64,000 nt of DNA, taken from contig NC_092354.1 of the NCBI RefSeq assembly GCF_963676685.1, positions 67,456,001 through 67,520,000 on the forward strand, read 5' to 3'. Positions 63,101-64,000 of the stretch are shown here, in pieces. The notes beneath the pieces are model-generated. The model did no database searches and had not been told where the DNA came from. It saw only the letters and a list, made by a program, of their open reading frames with translations. Both the position numbers and the translations under genes were made by a program. This DNA comes from Mytilus edulis (lineage: Eukaryota). Each line of letters begins with the position of its first letter. The first letter of the stretch is position 1.

Positions 63101-63332
63101 AGCCCGTAAATTCATCATGTGTAAATAGTTTTATCTTAATATTTGAAAATAATAAATTAAAAATATGCACTACCACTATGTAAAAAAAAATTTAGTTTTT
63201 TTGTTCACTATCAAAGATTTGTTATATTTCACTGTATATATATCTTCACAAAGCAATGCGCAGTACAAGTGACGTAATCTTCAACGTGTTGAAGGCGGTC
63301 ATTATATAGTAGAAGTAGAAGTAGAAGTAGAA
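60126..63332 (+). mobile_element. Near-complete ORF2 of a CR1/L2-group LINE (APE endonuclease + RT), inactivated
   Basis: NINFQS, GTETWL, RKDR..GGGV, GGDFN, ILDL, SDH; QHGFRK, DFSKAFDKV, GVPQESVLGP, LFADD, SFFPRTIKIWNSLP. 3' hairpin cttcaac-gt-gttgaag and a (TAGAAG)n tail at about 63307-63332. Confidence 0.93.
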
Positions 63333-64000
63333 ATCTTATAAAAATATTTCTCCGATGAGTAGGATAACCTTCTATTCACTTCGATATTTGTACATGTAAC
63401 GTATGATCATTAAAAAATATAGAACATCTGCTATTATATAGCAAAGTAATTGGAAGTGATTTATTTCTTCTAAATTCCAAAGTGACCTTACTGCAGTGAC
63501 GTCATTTAGAACTGTTCTACAGTCCTGTCTGATTTAGTCAGTTCTGCTGACAGTTCTACGGTTAGAAGTGATTTGGACAGTTCTACCTAGAACTGATTTA
63601 GACAGTTCTACCCTAGAACTGATCCTGACAGTTCTACCTAGAACTGATTTAGTCAGTTCTACCTAGAACTGATTCTGACAGTTCTACTTAGAACAGTTCT
63701 AGGGTAAAACTGTTCTAGGTAGAACTGTTCTAGGACAGGTTAGAACAGTTCTATGACAGAATATTCTGACAGTTCTATTGAGAGGTTAGAAGTGATCTCC
63801 ACTGTACATGAATATACTTGTATAGGGTAAAAGGGTTTTAAATTGCCGAGGCAGATTTCGTCTCGTGCGGTTAATGCCGGGAGTTTCAACAAAAGCTATC
63901 ATGGTATAATTTACGAAACACCACAAAACTATCTAAAAGATATGAAATATCTATAACTAAATGTGTGTAAATAAGTCCGTACATAACCCGTATAATGTCG

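Larger units (their letters stand above)
56770..63804. mobile_element. 7-kb TA-flanked TIR element with subterminal agaactg/cagttct repeat arrays, carrying nested cargo
   Basis: ta|CAGTGGAGATCAgTTCTAACCTCTC ... GAGAGGTTAGAAgTGATCTCCACTG|ta; arrays at 56790-57160 and 63505-63780. Confidence 0.65.

Overview
AT-rich animal genomic DNA with spliceosomal introns, dense repeats and one assembly gap. The repeat repertoire resembles a bivalve such as Mytilus (inference). Three host genes are supportable. (1) A spliced Shiftless (SHFL/RyDEN/C19orf66) homologue at 9870-19665 (+), mostly invisible in the ORF track. I reconstructed six in-frame GT-AG exons (240 aa); the start exon was not found. (2, 3) A tandem pair of two-exon, strongly divergent Shaw/Kv3-like potassium-channel genes at 28472-34020 and 46205-48316 (+). 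Both keep TVGYGD and the T1 HX5CX20CC zinc motif, but both replace the S6 PVP gate with LIP. The rest is mobile DNA, often nested: a decayed tyrosine-recombinase (Ngaro/DIRS) retrotransposon; CR1/L2-like and L1/Tx1 LINEs; Penelope-like fragments; retrozyme-like repeats with type I hammerhead ribozymes (one intact, one core-mutated inside an SHFL intron); a hAT transposon with an intron-split start codon, inserted in a LINE and itself hit by a fold-back MITE; several MITEs; two large TIR-bounded composite elements; and a 59-bp satellite with higher-order structure. There are no prokaryotic systems or CRISPR arrays. All family assignments come from motifs recognised by eye, not from database searches.
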